DNA of 64,000 nucleotides from an uncultured Anaerolineales bacterium (GCA_964492135.1 CAZBJW010000004.1:294-64293), one strand, 5' to 3'; counted from the stretch's first letter, positions 36,116 to 46,236 are shown. The notes: a model not told the origin generated them from the sequence alone. Made by a program: numbers and translations.

Positions 36116-36964
36116 ATGAATCCTGATCCTTTAGTTTCTATTGTCACTCCTTCCCTCAATCAGGCTCAGTTTCTCGAAGAAACCATCCGCTCAGTGCTGA
36201 GTCAAGACTATCCGCGCATTGAGTACATAATTTGCGATGGAGGCTCGACCGATGGTAGCGTAAACATCATCCGCAAGTATGCGGATCGGCTGGCTTGGTG
36301 GTGCAGCGAGAAGGACCAGGGGCAATCAGACGCAATCAATAAGGGGTGGAAACGCGCGACAGGGGAAATCTATGCTTATCTGAATTCGGATGACACGCTG
36401 GAATCTGGCGCTGTCAGAGTGGTCGTGGAGGCTTTTCAAGCCAACCCGCACGCGGGGGTTGTGCATGGTGGATGGCGCTATATAGATGCGTATGGACATG
36501 AAATAGGTATTGGTCGCGGTGCACAGACTGATTTTAATCGGCTGCTGCGTGATGGACAGATCTCTTGTGTCGCTCAGCCAGCCTCATTCTTTCGTGCTAG
36601 TCTGGTGTGCCAGGTTGGGCTGCTTGACCGGACGTTGCATATGTCAATGGACTATGACCTGTTGCTTCGCTTGGCGCGCGTATCCGAGATGGTTTATGTG
36701 CGGCGCGTGCTCGCGAGTTACAGAATACATACCAGCGCCAAGTCACCATCTTTTGCAGAACGTCACTGGCAAGAGTCCTTATTAGTGCGAGCCCGGTATG
36801 GGGGACGCTATTTTCTTAAGCCACGTTTGCAGTATCTACGCTACCGTTTCTTGCGTGCCATGCCGAAACCTGTACAGATCTTGTTTCGGCGTTTGCGCAA
36901 TTCGGTCAAAGACCGGGTGTACTTGCAGACTGAAGAGAATGCTACGAATAAAGAGCGTTCTTAG
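36116..36964 (+). CDS. GT2-family glycosyltransferase
   Basis: MNPDPLVSIVTPSLNQAQFLEETIRSVLSQDYPRIEYIICDGGSTDGS and LNSDDTL. The start was moved to the ATG at 36116 because the upstream part of the ORF is the hairpin repeat region. Confidence 0.85.
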   Translation: MNPDPLVSIVTPSLNQAQFLEETIRSVLSQDYPRIEYIICDGGSTDGSVNIIRKYADRLAWWCSEKDQGQSDAINKGWKRATGEIYAYLNSDDTLESGAVRVVVEAFQANPHAGVVHGGWRYIDAYGHEIGIGRGAQTDFNRLLRDGQISCVAQPASFFRASLVCQVGLLDRTLHMSMDYDLLLRLARVSEMVYVRRVLASYRIHTSAKSPSFAERHWQESLLVRARYGGRYFLKPRLQYLRYRFLRAMPKPVQILFRRLRNSVKDRVYLQTEENATNKERS

Positions 36965-38303
36965 ATGGCGTTCTGCCCACTTTCATCGCGCGATGATCGC
37001 CTGTGCATTGCTCGCTATCTCTGGGCTCTTGACGCAGGGGGATCACGTTGTGCAAGCCCTCCGACGCAATTGGGCTGCTGTTGTCATTAATCAGGCGTGG
37101 AATAAGGTCACATATCGAGGGGCACGCAATGATCACCTACAGGACGGCATTCCCGATGGGTGGGGTGTAACCTGGTGGGGTGGCTCAACGCAGGTTTATG
37201 CAATTGAGAACCAAGATGCTCTGGCAGGTGATCGAGTCACCCGAATTAACCATACCAACGCTCAAGGTGGCGCGGCTTTGACTCAGAGAATAGCAGTAGA
37301 GCCCAATTCTCATCTCGTTGTCACCGTATATGCGAAGGGAGCAGGGGGAGCCATTCATGTTTGGTTCCGTACGCGGGAAGAGGGAGACTGGGTAAGAGAG
37401 GGCTTAGGAGGATGGAGATATATAGAACCGACTGAGGATTGGCAGGAGTTTCATTTGTCTGTTACTGTTCCTTCTGGCATGAATGACGCTATGCTCCTTC
37501 TATACTTAGACTCAAGAGGTTCTACATCTTTCGATGAAGCTTACGCTGGAGTGGATAATAATGGACTCTTGGGGCCCAATCTGCTTAGGAATCCCGGCTT
37601 CGAACAAGATGGCGTCTCAGAGGATCCATTGGAGTGGTGGCAAAGTCATGTTGTTACTGGAGTTCTTGTAGTGCCAGAGGGCGGTATGCCTGAGAGGCTG
37701 AGCTACTCAAATATCACTGACATGTTGGCTGGGCGATACGACGCTGTTGCACGGCGCGCACATCATTTGGGCACCCGTTGTGTCTTGGCCCCGGAGATGA
37801 CTAGTTGGTTGACTGCACTTGGCAATCAATTTGAACAAGAAGGGGGAGCGGCTGCGCGTGAGCGGCTTTATCAGCTGGCAATTAAGTTAATGCCGAATTG
37901 CCCACAGCCCTATGCTGCGCTGGCTGGACTCTACCGGTCCCACTATGCATCCTGGCGCGCGGCTGAACTTCACCATCAAGCGGCTGAGCTATCGGGTGAA
38001 ACAGCTCTGGCGGGAGCGTACTACTTTGCAGAAGGTTTTTTGCATGTGACGCATACTGGTGACATGGAACGCGCAATTCCTACTCTCCAACGGGCGGAGC
38101 AATTGAGCGGTTGGGAGGGGAATCGCTGGTATCGGGGAGCAGCTTCTTTTTACCTGGGCCGGGCTCTGGAAGCAGAGGGGCGTCTTGTAGAAGCAGCGGC
38201 TGCTTATCAGCGTGTGCTTGACTGCGCGCAGTGCAGCTATCATCACGCGGGCGCACTTGAGCGGTTGAATGCGCTATTTGGTGGGGGAGAGCAGGGTCAA
38301 TAA
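36939..38303 (+). CDS. Membrane-anchored protein with a CBM4/9-like jelly-roll region and a C-terminal TPR-like region
   Basis: N-terminal anchor MIACALLAISGLL. Carbohydrate-binding-module-like segments are GIPDGWGVTWWGG...WQEFHLSVTVP and LLRNPGFEQDGVSEDPLEWW. Helical repeats near the C-terminus include AAAYQRVLDCAQ. Start uncertain. Confidence 0.4.
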   Translation: MLRIKSVLRWRSAHFHRAMIACALLAISGLLTQGDHVVQALRRNWAAVVINQAWNKVTYRGARNDHLQDGIPDGWGVTWWGGSTQVYAIENQDALAGDRVTRINHTNAQGGAALTQRIAVEPNSHLVVTVYAKGAGGAIHVWFRTREEGDWVREGLGGWRYIEPTEDWQEFHLSVTVPSGMNDAMLLLYLDSRGSTSFDEAYAGVDNNGLLGPNLLRNPGFEQDGVSEDPLEWWQSHVVTGVLVVPEGGMPERLSYSNITDMLAGRYDAVARRAHHLGTRCVLAPEMTSWLTALGNQFEQEGGAAARERLYQLAIKLMPNCPQPYAALAGLYRSHYASWRAAELHHQAAELSGETALAGAYYFAEGFLHVTHTGDMERAIPTLQRAEQLSGWEGNRWYRGAASFYLGRALEAEGRLVEAAAAYQRVLDCAQCSYHHAGALERLNALFGGGEQGQ

Positions 38304-39835
38304 TGGACTTGTCACTAGGTCGTGGAATTGCCCGAATCAGATGGAGCCATCTGGCTGCCATCGTGGTTCTGGTATCCACGGCAGTCGCCGGATTGCTCGT
38401 CGCTCGTACCCCCAAACTTGCTTATATTGTTCTGTTATGCGAGGGATTTGTAGCGCTGAGCATCTGGATTTTGACATCCTCCGAGCGCGTATGTTGGTAT
38501 ATGCTATTGGGGACTGTTTTTGTAGCGGCCTTTGGCGCTTTTTTGGATATCATCCTGCATATGCCCTTCATGTGGTTGTTGAGTTTATTTGTGATTTACT
38601 TCTTTGCGTTATTGCAGATTAGAGGGAGCCTATTCCCTGTTGGAGCAACTAGCATTAAGAAAAGTCTCCCGCTAATCGGCACAGCCCTACTTTGTTATGC
38701 GATCTACTACTTTCTGCAATCAATACGAGTCGGCATCAATGGGTTACTGGGCTTTCGCAAGCCGTTCACAAACTTGGCCTTCTATCTTATCACCTTTCAG
38801 TTACTCTTAAGGGCGGACAGAGATGAGTTGAGGGACCGATTGCGTGATTTTGCACTGGTTATTCTGGTTGCCGGCATCTTTGTAGCCAGCTATGCCATCT
38901 TTCAGTACGTGGTTGGCGAACAGTTCTTGAGGAGCCGGGGTTTAGTAGAAGCAGCATCGTCTCACCAAGGATGGTATGGGAAGGGCATGATGGCATTCCG
39001 TCCGTATGGAACCATGCGGCGTGCTGAGGGACTGGGGTCTTTTCTTTATCTGGACATCGTGATGGCTATGATACTTCTCGGGTTGGGCTATCGCCGCCGG
39101 AGATTGGTCTGGTTCAACTTGATTCTGGTAGCCCCGGCGCTCATCCTTAGTATGAGCCTGGTGTCTATTGTCACCACCGGTTTGTTTTTTCTCCTCACAG
39201 TGCCTGTTGGCTTCTCGGAACTCCGCAAATATGCTGTTCCTTTATTTCTGATTTTGTTGGTAGCGGCGATTGGAGTAAACTATATTTCGGGCAACATGCT
39301 TCTTGGGAGATTCATGTGGCATCTAGAGCGAGCACAAGAAGGTGAGGGGCGTTTGGAACTGACTATGAATTGGGGGCGAGAGATAATGGTGCGATCTATT
39401 CCCCAAAATCTACTTGGAAGCGGCATTTGCACAGGAATCGATGATGCAACTCTAATTCGAATAAGGGGCGTTTTGGATGCACTTGGAATTCCAGTTGGAC
39501 CCTTGTTCGCTTGTTCTTGGCAATTTGAGGTCCACGACAATTTATATGCGGTTACCTATCTGGAGATTGGCTTTATTGGATTCATCTTGCTACTCCTGCC
39601 TATGCTGTTGGCCTTTCCCATAAGGCAGCATTTGCGGTATCTGAGGCCAGTTTCGGCGCGCGAGGCATATCGTTCGTTGGCCAATTTTGTCATAGCTGCT
39701 ATTCCGGCTGGTCTTGTTGCTGGCTTGCTTGGGCCCATGCCGGTTTGCATGTATTTTTGGATACTGATGGCTTTCTTGGACACTGGAGGAATGGCTGCGC
39801 GGTCTTCCGCAGCGAGTTCTTTCAGGACAGCCTGA
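38303..39835 (+). CDS. Wzy/O-antigen-polymerase-like polytopic membrane protein
   Basis: 510 aa with 10 or more hydrophobic segments and one large loop. Its position next to GT and flippase genes supports the call. No strong sequence motif was recognised. Confidence 0.5.
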   Translation: MDLSLGRGIARIRWSHLAAIVVLVSTAVAGLLVARTPKLAYIVLLCEGFVALSIWILTSSERVCWYMLLGTVFVAAFGAFLDIILHMPFMWLLSLFVIYFFALLQIRGSLFPVGATSIKKSLPLIGTALLCYAIYYFLQSIRVGINGLLGFRKPFTNLAFYLITFQLLLRADRDELRDRLRDFALVILVAGIFVASYAIFQYVVGEQFLRSRGLVEAASSHQGWYGKGMMAFRPYGTMRRAEGLGSFLYLDIVMAMILLGLGYRRRRLVWFNLILVAPALILSMSLVSIVTTGLFFLLTVPVGFSELRKYAVPLFLILLVAAIGVNYISGNMLLGRFMWHLERAQEGEGRLELTMNWGREIMVRSIPQNLLGSGICTGIDDATLIRIRGVLDALGIPVGPLFACSWQFEVHDNLYAVTYLEIGFIGFILLLLPMLLAFPIRQHLRYLRPVSAREAYRSLANFVIAAIPAGLVAGLLGPMPVCMYFWILMAFLDTGGMAARSSAASSFRTA

Positions 39836-39904
39836 TTCAGAGAAACGAAACTGTTATCAAAGTGCTTTACAACTGAGCAGCGAAGGAGACCTGTTATCAG
39901 AATC

Positions 39905-41008
39905 TTGGTCGTAGCCAACATGTATCCCAACGAAAGGAAGCCTTACGCAGGCTCTTTTATAAAGGAGCATGTTGAGATTTTGCGGCGCAAGGGCATAGAG
40001 TGTCTGGTGGTGGCAAATAGAGATAGCCGTCGTGGCTTCTTTAACGCCTTACGAAAATACTCCTTATTGACGGCTCGTGTTCTCATTGCGTCCGTTTCTC
40101 AGGATTTCGACTTGGTGCATGCGCATTCGACTTTCTTTGCCGGTATCATCACAGCATTTGCGATGTGGACCCGGAGAACCCCCTTGATCATTACGGCTCA
40201 CGGTACTGATGATGTCGCTCAGTTTCCTCAAAGGAATTTACTTCATAATCATGAATGGTTGGCAAAGTGGTTGACAAGAATTTGTCTGAAGCGTGCGGAT
40301 CACATTATTGCGGTCAGCAACTATCTTCGGGAGCTCCTGGCCATGGAGTTGGTGGGCAGTGACAAGAAAATAAGTGTGATTGGCATGGGAGTCAATACCA
40401 ATCTCTTCCATGCTATAGGGAAAAGGGAAGCCAGGAGACAACTGGACCTACCATTGCAAGACAAAATACTACTCTATGTGGGTAATTTGCAACCTCTTAA
40501 AGGGTGTCAATACCTAATCCGAGCAATGGCTCTGATGAAACGTCCAGACTGTCGTTTAGTGATGGTCGGAGAAGGGCGAGAAAAGAGACGCTTGAAAACA
40601 TTGTCTGATAGCCTGGGTCTACCTGTAACATTCGTAGGGGCAATCCTCAAAGAGGAAGTGCTACTTTGGATGTCAGCGGCTGATTTACTCGTGCACCCGA
40701 CTCTTAGCGAAGGGTTTGGCCTGGTGGTTTTAGAAGCCTTGAGTTGCGGCTTGCCTGTCGTCGCGTCCAACGTGGGTGGTATTCCCGAACAAATCAATGA
40801 TGGCGTCAATGGTTATCTTGTGGAACCAGCTAATGTTCCTGCTCTTGCCGAAGCGATTAACAACGGCCTGAAAGAAGGGACGGATTTAAGCACTCATTGT
40901 CGGCAGACTGCTCTGCAACACGATATCGATTTGCAGGTTGATCGCGTGCTAGCCGTGTATAATACGGTGTTGGGTATGCAAGCTCAAGAACGATTTAGAC
41001 TTTCTTAA
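39905..41008 (+). CDS. GT4-family (GT-B) glycosyltransferase
   Basis: LVHPTLSEGFGLVVLEALSCGLPVVASNVGGIPEQINDGVNGYLVEP. Confidence 0.85.
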   Translation: MVVANMYPNERKPYAGSFIKEHVEILRRKGIECLVVANRDSRRGFFNALRKYSLLTARVLIASVSQDFDLVHAHSTFFAGIITAFAMWTRRTPLIITAHGTDDVAQFPQRNLLHNHEWLAKWLTRICLKRADHIIAVSNYLRELLAMELVGSDKKISVIGMGVNTNLFHAIGKREARRQLDLPLQDKILLYVGNLQPLKGCQYLIRAMALMKRPDCRLVMVGEGREKRRLKTLSDSLGLPVTFVGAILKEEVLLWMSAADLLVHPTLSEGFGLVVLEALSCGLPVVASNVGGIPEQINDGVNGYLVEPANVPALAEAINNGLKEGTDLSTHCRQTALQHDIDLQVDRVLAVYNTVLGMQAQERFRLS

Positions 41009-41052
41009 CCCTGTGTAGCCAAAATCAGTAGAAAGCAACTGGCGAAAAGTCT

Positions 41053-42222
41053 ATGCATCGCATTGCGGTTGTGGCTCATAAAGACTACCCCGGGGGTGTG
41101 CGCGAACGACGTGAAGTGGAGGCCCTGATCAGTGCTGGATATGAAGTGGATGTGATTTGTTTACATCAGCCAGGTCAGCTCTGCCGAGAATCACGGGGGA
41201 ATCCCCGTATATACAGAATGCCCCTCGGTCATAAGCGAACTGGCAAAGTGCGCTATCTATTTGAATACAGTGCTTTCTTTCTGCTTGCTTTCCTAAGCCT
41301 TTCATTGTTACAATTGCGTCGGCATTATGCCGTTGTACAAGTGCATAATATTCCTGACTTTCTAGTGTTTACAGCACTACTCCCTAAATTTCAGGGGGCA
41401 CGTGTTTTGTTAGATATTCGAGATCCTATGCCAGAGACATTCCAGTGCAAGTACGGGTTGTCAAAGGATAGTCCTTGGGTAGCTCTGCTGCGATGGATTG
41501 AGCGAATTTCTATAAATTTCTCGGATCATGTACTGACCGTCCATGAACCGTTGAAGCAAATTCATATCCAACGAGGATGCCCCGCTGATCGCATTAGCGC
41601 GATCGTGAACCTGCCAGATGAACGCATATTTCAACCCAGTGTTTGTTCAATATGGCCTCGCTCGGTACCACCGAACTTCGTTATCATCTATGCGGGAACT
41701 CTAGGCGAGAGGCACGGGATACAGACGGCGTTGCGTGGATTACCTCTTTTGATCAAAGACATTCCTGGTTTGCGTCTACGTATAATAGGGGATGGCGAGT
41801 ATCTGGATGAGCTCAAACAACTGGCTAAATCTCTAGAAGTTTGTGCGTATGTTCGCTTTGAGCCGGCCATACCCCTAGATAAAATACCTGATCAATTGCA
41901 GCAAGCTGATGTGGGAATTTGTCTTCAGGAAGGTTTGTTTGGAGAATTGGCCTTCCCAACAAAAGTAGGTGAGTATATAGCGATGGGCCTGCCTGCTATT
42001 GTTTCAGAGACGGGTATCACTCGTATGTATCTCAATAACGACATGGTGGCCTTCATTCGACCCGGCGATGAGGTAGCTTTTGCCTCACAAGTGCGCAAGC
42101 TTTACACCGATCCCGCTTATGCTCGTCACTTGGTCGCTAACAGTCGGCGTTTTTTGGAAACACGGAACTGGACTAGTGAAAAAGTGCGCTATTTAGGAAT
42201 CATCAACAGCCTTATTTCGTGA
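41053..42222 (+). CDS. GT4-family (GT-B) glycosyltransferase
   Basis: FVIIYAGTLGERHGI...LRLRIIGDGEY...GELAFPTKVGEYIAMGLPAIVSETG. Confidence 0.8.
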   Translation: MHRIAVVAHKDYPGGVRERREVEALISAGYEVDVICLHQPGQLCRESRGNPRIYRMPLGHKRTGKVRYLFEYSAFFLLAFLSLSLLQLRRHYAVVQVHNIPDFLVFTALLPKFQGARVLLDIRDPMPETFQCKYGLSKDSPWVALLRWIERISINFSDHVLTVHEPLKQIHIQRGCPADRISAIVNLPDERIFQPSVCSIWPRSVPPNFVIIYAGTLGERHGIQTALRGLPLLIKDIPGLRLRIIGDGEYLDELKQLAKSLEVCAYVRFEPAIPLDKIPDQLQQADVGICLQEGLFGELAFPTKVGEYIAMGLPAIVSETGITRMYLNNDMVAFIRPGDEVAFASQVRKLYTDPAYARHLVANSRRFLETRNWTSEKVRYLGIINSLIS

Positions 42223-42250
42223 TTACCTTGAGGGGAGATTATTGTCTCAT

Positions 42251-42489
42251 TACGAGCGGGAGGCAGACAGAACTCTTTGGAGCCAATGCTACCCTGCTGT
42301 GTGGCATCACCATCGGTCGCTAGGTCCTGATCGGCGCGGGCAGTGTGGTCACACATGAAGTACCGGGCTCCGCCCTCGTCTACGGCAACCCAGCGTGGCA
42401 GTACGGCTGGAGTTCAACGACGCTTCGCCGGCTGCGAGTGCGGGCTGGTGTATCAGAAGCAAGGAGATGTAGTGGAGGAGTTGCGATGA
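42251..42489 (+). pseudogene. C-terminal remnant of a left-handed beta-helix N-acetyltransferase (paralog of 45355-45954)
   Basis: YEREADRTL / FGANATLLCGITIGR-stop(42321)-VLIGAGSVVTHEVPGSALVYGNPA / ECGLVYQKQGDVVEEL. Parallels REEYDRTL...GANATLLCPITIGRHALVGAGAVVTRDVPDFALVYGNPA...QCGLRYRKTG in the intact copy. Same ATGA overlap with the following DegT gene. Confidence 0.65.
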
Positions 42490-43595
42490 ACATTCCCCTG
42501 GTTGATCTGCGCGCCCAGTACGACGAACTCCGCGGGCAGATAGACGCTGCTGTGCGCGATATCATTGACCGTTCGTCGTTCATCGGGGGGCCTTACGTCG
42601 AGGGCTTTGAACGGGACTTCGCAACCTATTGCCGTGTGCACTATGCCGTTGGTACTTCTTCGGGTACCTCCGCTCTGCATCTAGCCTTGCTAGCCTGCGA
42701 TGTGGGGCCGGGAGATGAAGTCATCACCACCCCCCATACCTTCACTGCGACTGCCGAGGCCATCTTCCACGCTGGAGCCAGGCCTGTCTTCGTGGACATT
42801 GATATGGATTCGTATGAAATAGATCCAACTCAGATCGAAGACACCGTTACCGAGAGGACTAAAGCCATCATCCCTGTTCACCTCTACGGCCGCCCAGCGG
42901 AGATGGATCCCATCATGGACATTGCTAACCGACATGGTCTGAAAGTGATCGAGGACGCAGCTCAGGCCCACGGAGCCGAATACAAGGGGCAGCGGGTGGG
43001 TTCCATTGGCAATGTGGCTTGCTTCAGCTTCTACCCGGCCAAGAACCTAGGGGCTTACGGAGACGGCGGGATAGTGATCACCAACAACGAGGAGATCGCC
43101 AAGGAGGTGCGGATACTGCATGACCATGGACGACGGGAGAAGTATGAGCATCTGTTGGTGGGCTATGGCTACCGACTAGATGCCCTGCAGGCGGCCATTC
43201 TTAAAGTCAAGCTAGCACACCTCGACGAATGGAACCAGCGGCGGCGGGAGAGCGCCGAGACCTACTGCGAATTGCTCAATGGCCTCGATTTGGTGCTACC
43301 GACCGAGCCGGAACATCTTAGATCCGTCTATCACCTATTCGTCGTGCGCACCCCACGGCGCGATGCGCTGCGAAAGCACTTGCGTGCCAAAGGGATCCAC
43401 ACTGGCATCCATTACCCCATCCCCTTGCATCTGCAACCATGTTTCAATCAGCTAGGTTACAGCGGGGGAGATTTCCCCAATGCCGAGAAAGCCGCCGAAG
43501 AGGTGCTATCTTTGCCCCTCTACCCTGAGTTAACAGAGGTGCAAATTGGCTACATCGCCGATTCAGTCCGCACTTTCTTCAACCGAATCAGTTAA
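42486..43595 (+). CDS. DegT/DnrJ/EryC1/StrS sugar aminotransferase (WbpE-like)
   Basis: MNIPLVDLRAQYDELRGQIDAAVRDIIDRSSFIGGPYVEGFERDFA..., SGTSALHLALLA, IEDAAQAHGA, FSFYPAKNLGAYGDGG. Confidence 0.85.
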   Translation: MNIPLVDLRAQYDELRGQIDAAVRDIIDRSSFIGGPYVEGFERDFATYCRVHYAVGTSSGTSALHLALLACDVGPGDEVITTPHTFTATAEAIFHAGARPVFVDIDMDSYEIDPTQIEDTVTERTKAIIPVHLYGRPAEMDPIMDIANRHGLKVIEDAAQAHGAEYKGQRVGSIGNVACFSFYPAKNLGAYGDGGIVITNNEEIAKEVRILHDHGRREKYEHLLVGYGYRLDALQAAILKVKLAHLDEWNQRRRESAETYCELLNGLDLVLPTEPEHLRSVYHLFVVRTPRRDALRKHLRAKGIHTGIHYPIPLHLQPCFNQLGYSGGDFPNAEKAAEEVLSLPLYPELTEVQIGYIADSVRTFFNRIS

Positions 43596-43627
43596 TCTGC
43601 TAGCTTGCTCAGAATAGGAGATACTGT

Positions 43628-45328
43628 ATGCGTAACGGACAAAGAGTGCTAATCATCGGTCTGGACGGTGCCACGCTGGACATCATTGAGCCGATGGCTC
43701 GAGAGGGTAAATTGCCAACCTTTGCACGCTTGATGCGCGAAGGGAGCTATGGTCGGCTCGAATCGGTGCCTAATACTTGGAGTCCAGCTGCGTGGACATC
43801 ATTTATGACTGGGACGAATCCTGGCAAGCATGGTATTCTCTACTTCGATAAACGCATACCTGGAAGCTATGAAAGCCGATACATCAGCGGCGCCTCGCGC
43901 TCTGGCCATACCTTCTGGGAAGCACTAAGCAACATGGGAAAGCGTGTGGGCGTGGTAAACGTGCCTATGACTTATCCCGCTCAACATTTGAATGGTTTCA
44001 TGATTGCCGGTCTCGATGCCCCGGGCCTCGACAGCCCAGGTTTTGCCTATCCATCTGAACTGCAAGATGAGTTAGGGCGCATGGGCTATATCATCCAGCC
44101 CGGCATCCAAACATACATCAAATCTGGTCGGTTAGCTGAGGGAGCACACCGCCTATACGAGACAACGAATAAGCGAGCGGCAACAGTGCATTACCTGATG
44201 GATGCCTACCCTGACTGGGATCTCTTTGTAGTTGTCTTCAACCAACTGGATGCAGCTCAGCATGCGTACTGGAGGTATATGGATGGCAATCATCTAGAGC
44301 ATGACCCTGAAGCCGCTCGCGAGCTTGGTCACGTCATCCCTGATCTCTACATCAAGCTCGATCACGAGGTGGGTCGTCTGATTTCCCGCTGCCCCAACAC
44401 GATTGTGATTGTGATGTCGGACCATGGCTTCGGGTTCAAGCAAGAAGGCGCCTTCTACATTAACGAATGGTTAGCAGCCCAAGGCCTATTGGCATACACT
44501 AAAGCTATAGATCGCAGTGGTTCGTCGTTGCGAAGCCTGGCTGTGAGTATGCTACGCTGGGGACACTACCAGATTGATAAGAATCTCACTCGAGACACCA
44601 AATTGCGTCTCATGCGGGTGGTCCCGGGCTTACGTGGCAAAGTCGAGTCTGCCATCCGTCTGGGTGGAGTTGATTGGTCAAAGACCCAAGCTTTCTGCGA
44701 CAATGCACGTGATGAAATTTGGATTAATCTGAAGGGGCGTTTCCCACAAGGTATCGTTACTGAAGGTGCCGAGTACAATGCATTGTGCCAACGCATTAGT
44801 GAGGAATTGATGACTTGGCGTGATACCGAAACCGGTGTGCCACTCGTCAAGCGCGTGTATCGCCGTGAAGAACTCTATCATGGACCAAACTTGTATGAGA
44901 CCCCCGACTTGCTTGTACGTTGGCGAGACGTACAAATTCACGGTGTGAGAGCAGGTGATTTCATTTTACGTCGCGACAATCTGAGGAAGAGTGCATCACA
45001 GAGTCCCGTAAGCGGAGGGCATCGATTCCATGGTATCCTATTCTTACATGGTCCTGGCATCCGTCAGGGCATTAAGTTAACAGGTCCATCGATCATGGAT
45101 ATCGCGCCGACGATATCGTATTTGTTCAACGCAGGTATTTCCAGTGATTTCGACGGGCGTGTGCTTCTTGACGTTTTCGAGGACTATCTTATCCAGAAAA
45201 CCTCACCTGGGCAGAGCGATCAATCAAGGGCCCACGGGGATTTACCCGATCAACCCACCATTGGTTATTCAGAGGAGGAAGTAGAACAAATCGCAGAACG
45301 ATTGAGGGGACTTGGTTACTTTAGCTAG
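43628..45328 (+). CDS. Alkaline-phosphatase-superfamily protein (nucleotide pyrophosphatase/phosphodiesterase type)
   Basis: 566 aa with VLIIGLDGATLDII, SVPNTWSPAAWTSFMTGTNPGKHG, VIVMSDHGFG and GGHRFHGILFLHGPGI. Confidence 0.75.
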   Translation: MRNGQRVLIIGLDGATLDIIEPMAREGKLPTFARLMREGSYGRLESVPNTWSPAAWTSFMTGTNPGKHGILYFDKRIPGSYESRYISGASRSGHTFWEALSNMGKRVGVVNVPMTYPAQHLNGFMIAGLDAPGLDSPGFAYPSELQDELGRMGYIIQPGIQTYIKSGRLAEGAHRLYETTNKRAATVHYLMDAYPDWDLFVVVFNQLDAAQHAYWRYMDGNHLEHDPEAARELGHVIPDLYIKLDHEVGRLISRCPNTIVIVMSDHGFGFKQEGAFYINEWLAAQGLLAYTKAIDRSGSSLRSLAVSMLRWGHYQIDKNLTRDTKLRLMRVVPGLRGKVESAIRLGGVDWSKTQAFCDNARDEIWINLKGRFPQGIVTEGAEYNALCQRISEELMTWRDTETGVPLVKRVYRREELYHGPNLYETPDLLVRWRDVQIHGVRAGDFILRRDNLRKSASQSPVSGGHRFHGILFLHGPGIRQGIKLTGPSIMDIAPTISYLFNAGISSDFDGRVLLDVFEDYLIQKTSPGQSDQSRAHGDLPDQPTIGYSEEEVEQIAERLRGLGYFS

Positions 45329-45354
45329 AACCTTCGATCGAGCACGGAGCACCC

Positions 45355-45954
45355 ATGCGGGATACAGACCAGATACATATTCATCCGACTGCTTTAGTGG
45401 AATCAAGCACTATTGGTAATGGGACTCGCATCTGGGCTTTTGTCCATGTGCTCCAAGGGGCCCAGATTGGTGAGGATTGCAACATTGGCGATCACTGCTA
45501 CATCGAAGACGGCGTTCGTATCGGCGATGAGGTGGTCATCAAGAATGGTGTCTCCCTCTGGACCGGTGTGACGATCGAGGATCGCGTCTTTATCGGCCCC
45601 AACGTCACCTTCACCAACGACTTGGTGCCCCGGGCCAAGGTTTATCGAGAGGAGTACGACCGCACCCTGGTCAAAGAAGGGAGTAGCATCGGCGCCAATG
45701 CTACTCTGCTTTGTCCCATTACCATTGGCCGCCACGCCCTTGTGGGCGCGGGGGCTGTTGTCACCCGCGACGTGCCTGACTTTGCCCTTGTCTACGGCAA
45801 CCCTGCCCGGCTCCATGGCTTCGTCTGCAAGTGCGGCCAGAGATTGCCCTTCGAGCCGGATGAGAAGAACGAGGCCACCGCTACCTGTCAATGCGGTTTG
45901 CGCTATCGCAAAACCGGTCTCCGGGTTGAACATATGGAAAAGCTTATAGCATGA
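45355..45954 (+). CDS. Left-handed beta-helix sugar N-acetyltransferase (WbpD/WlbB-like)
   Basis: 199 aa. IHPTALVESSTIGNGTRIWAFVHVLQGAQIGEDCNIGDHCYIEDGVRIGDEVVIKNGVSLWTGVTIEDRVFIGPNVTFTND shows hexapeptide repeats. Confidence 0.8.
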   Translation: MRDTDQIHIHPTALVESSTIGNGTRIWAFVHVLQGAQIGEDCNIGDHCYIEDGVRIGDEVVIKNGVSLWTGVTIEDRVFIGPNVTFTNDLVPRAKVYREEYDRTLVKEGSSIGANATLLCPITIGRHALVGAGAVVTRDVPDFALVYGNPARLHGFVCKCGQRLPFEPDEKNEATATCQCGLRYRKTGLRVEHMEKLIA

Positions 45955-46236
45955 ACATTCCACCACGCTGACCATCTGTACCTAGTTCGAGTGCTGGAGT
46001 GAGGCGGGATACGCGAGGCCTTAATTGATCGAGGTATCATCACTGGCTTGCATTACCCCGTCCCTCTGCACTTGCAGGAGGCTTATCTCTGTCTGGGCCA
46101 TCACCAAGGTGCCTTCCCTGCCGCTGAAGAGGCAGCTCGTACTGTGCTCTCTCTGCCTATGCATCCACGTCTGACGAAAAAGCAAGTAGATTACGTGAGT
46201 CACACTATCAAAGAGGCGCTGAAGCTGACGGGTTAA
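45951..46236 (+). pseudogene. DegT-type aminotransferase remnant (first 6 codons + C-terminal ~75 codons)
   Basis: MNIPPR then a stop. In another frame, HLYLVRV...REALIDRGIITGLHYPVPLHLQEAYLCLGHHQGAFPAAEEAARTVLSLPMHPRLTKKQVDYVSHTIKEAL parallels the C-terminus of 42486-43595. Confidence 0.65.
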
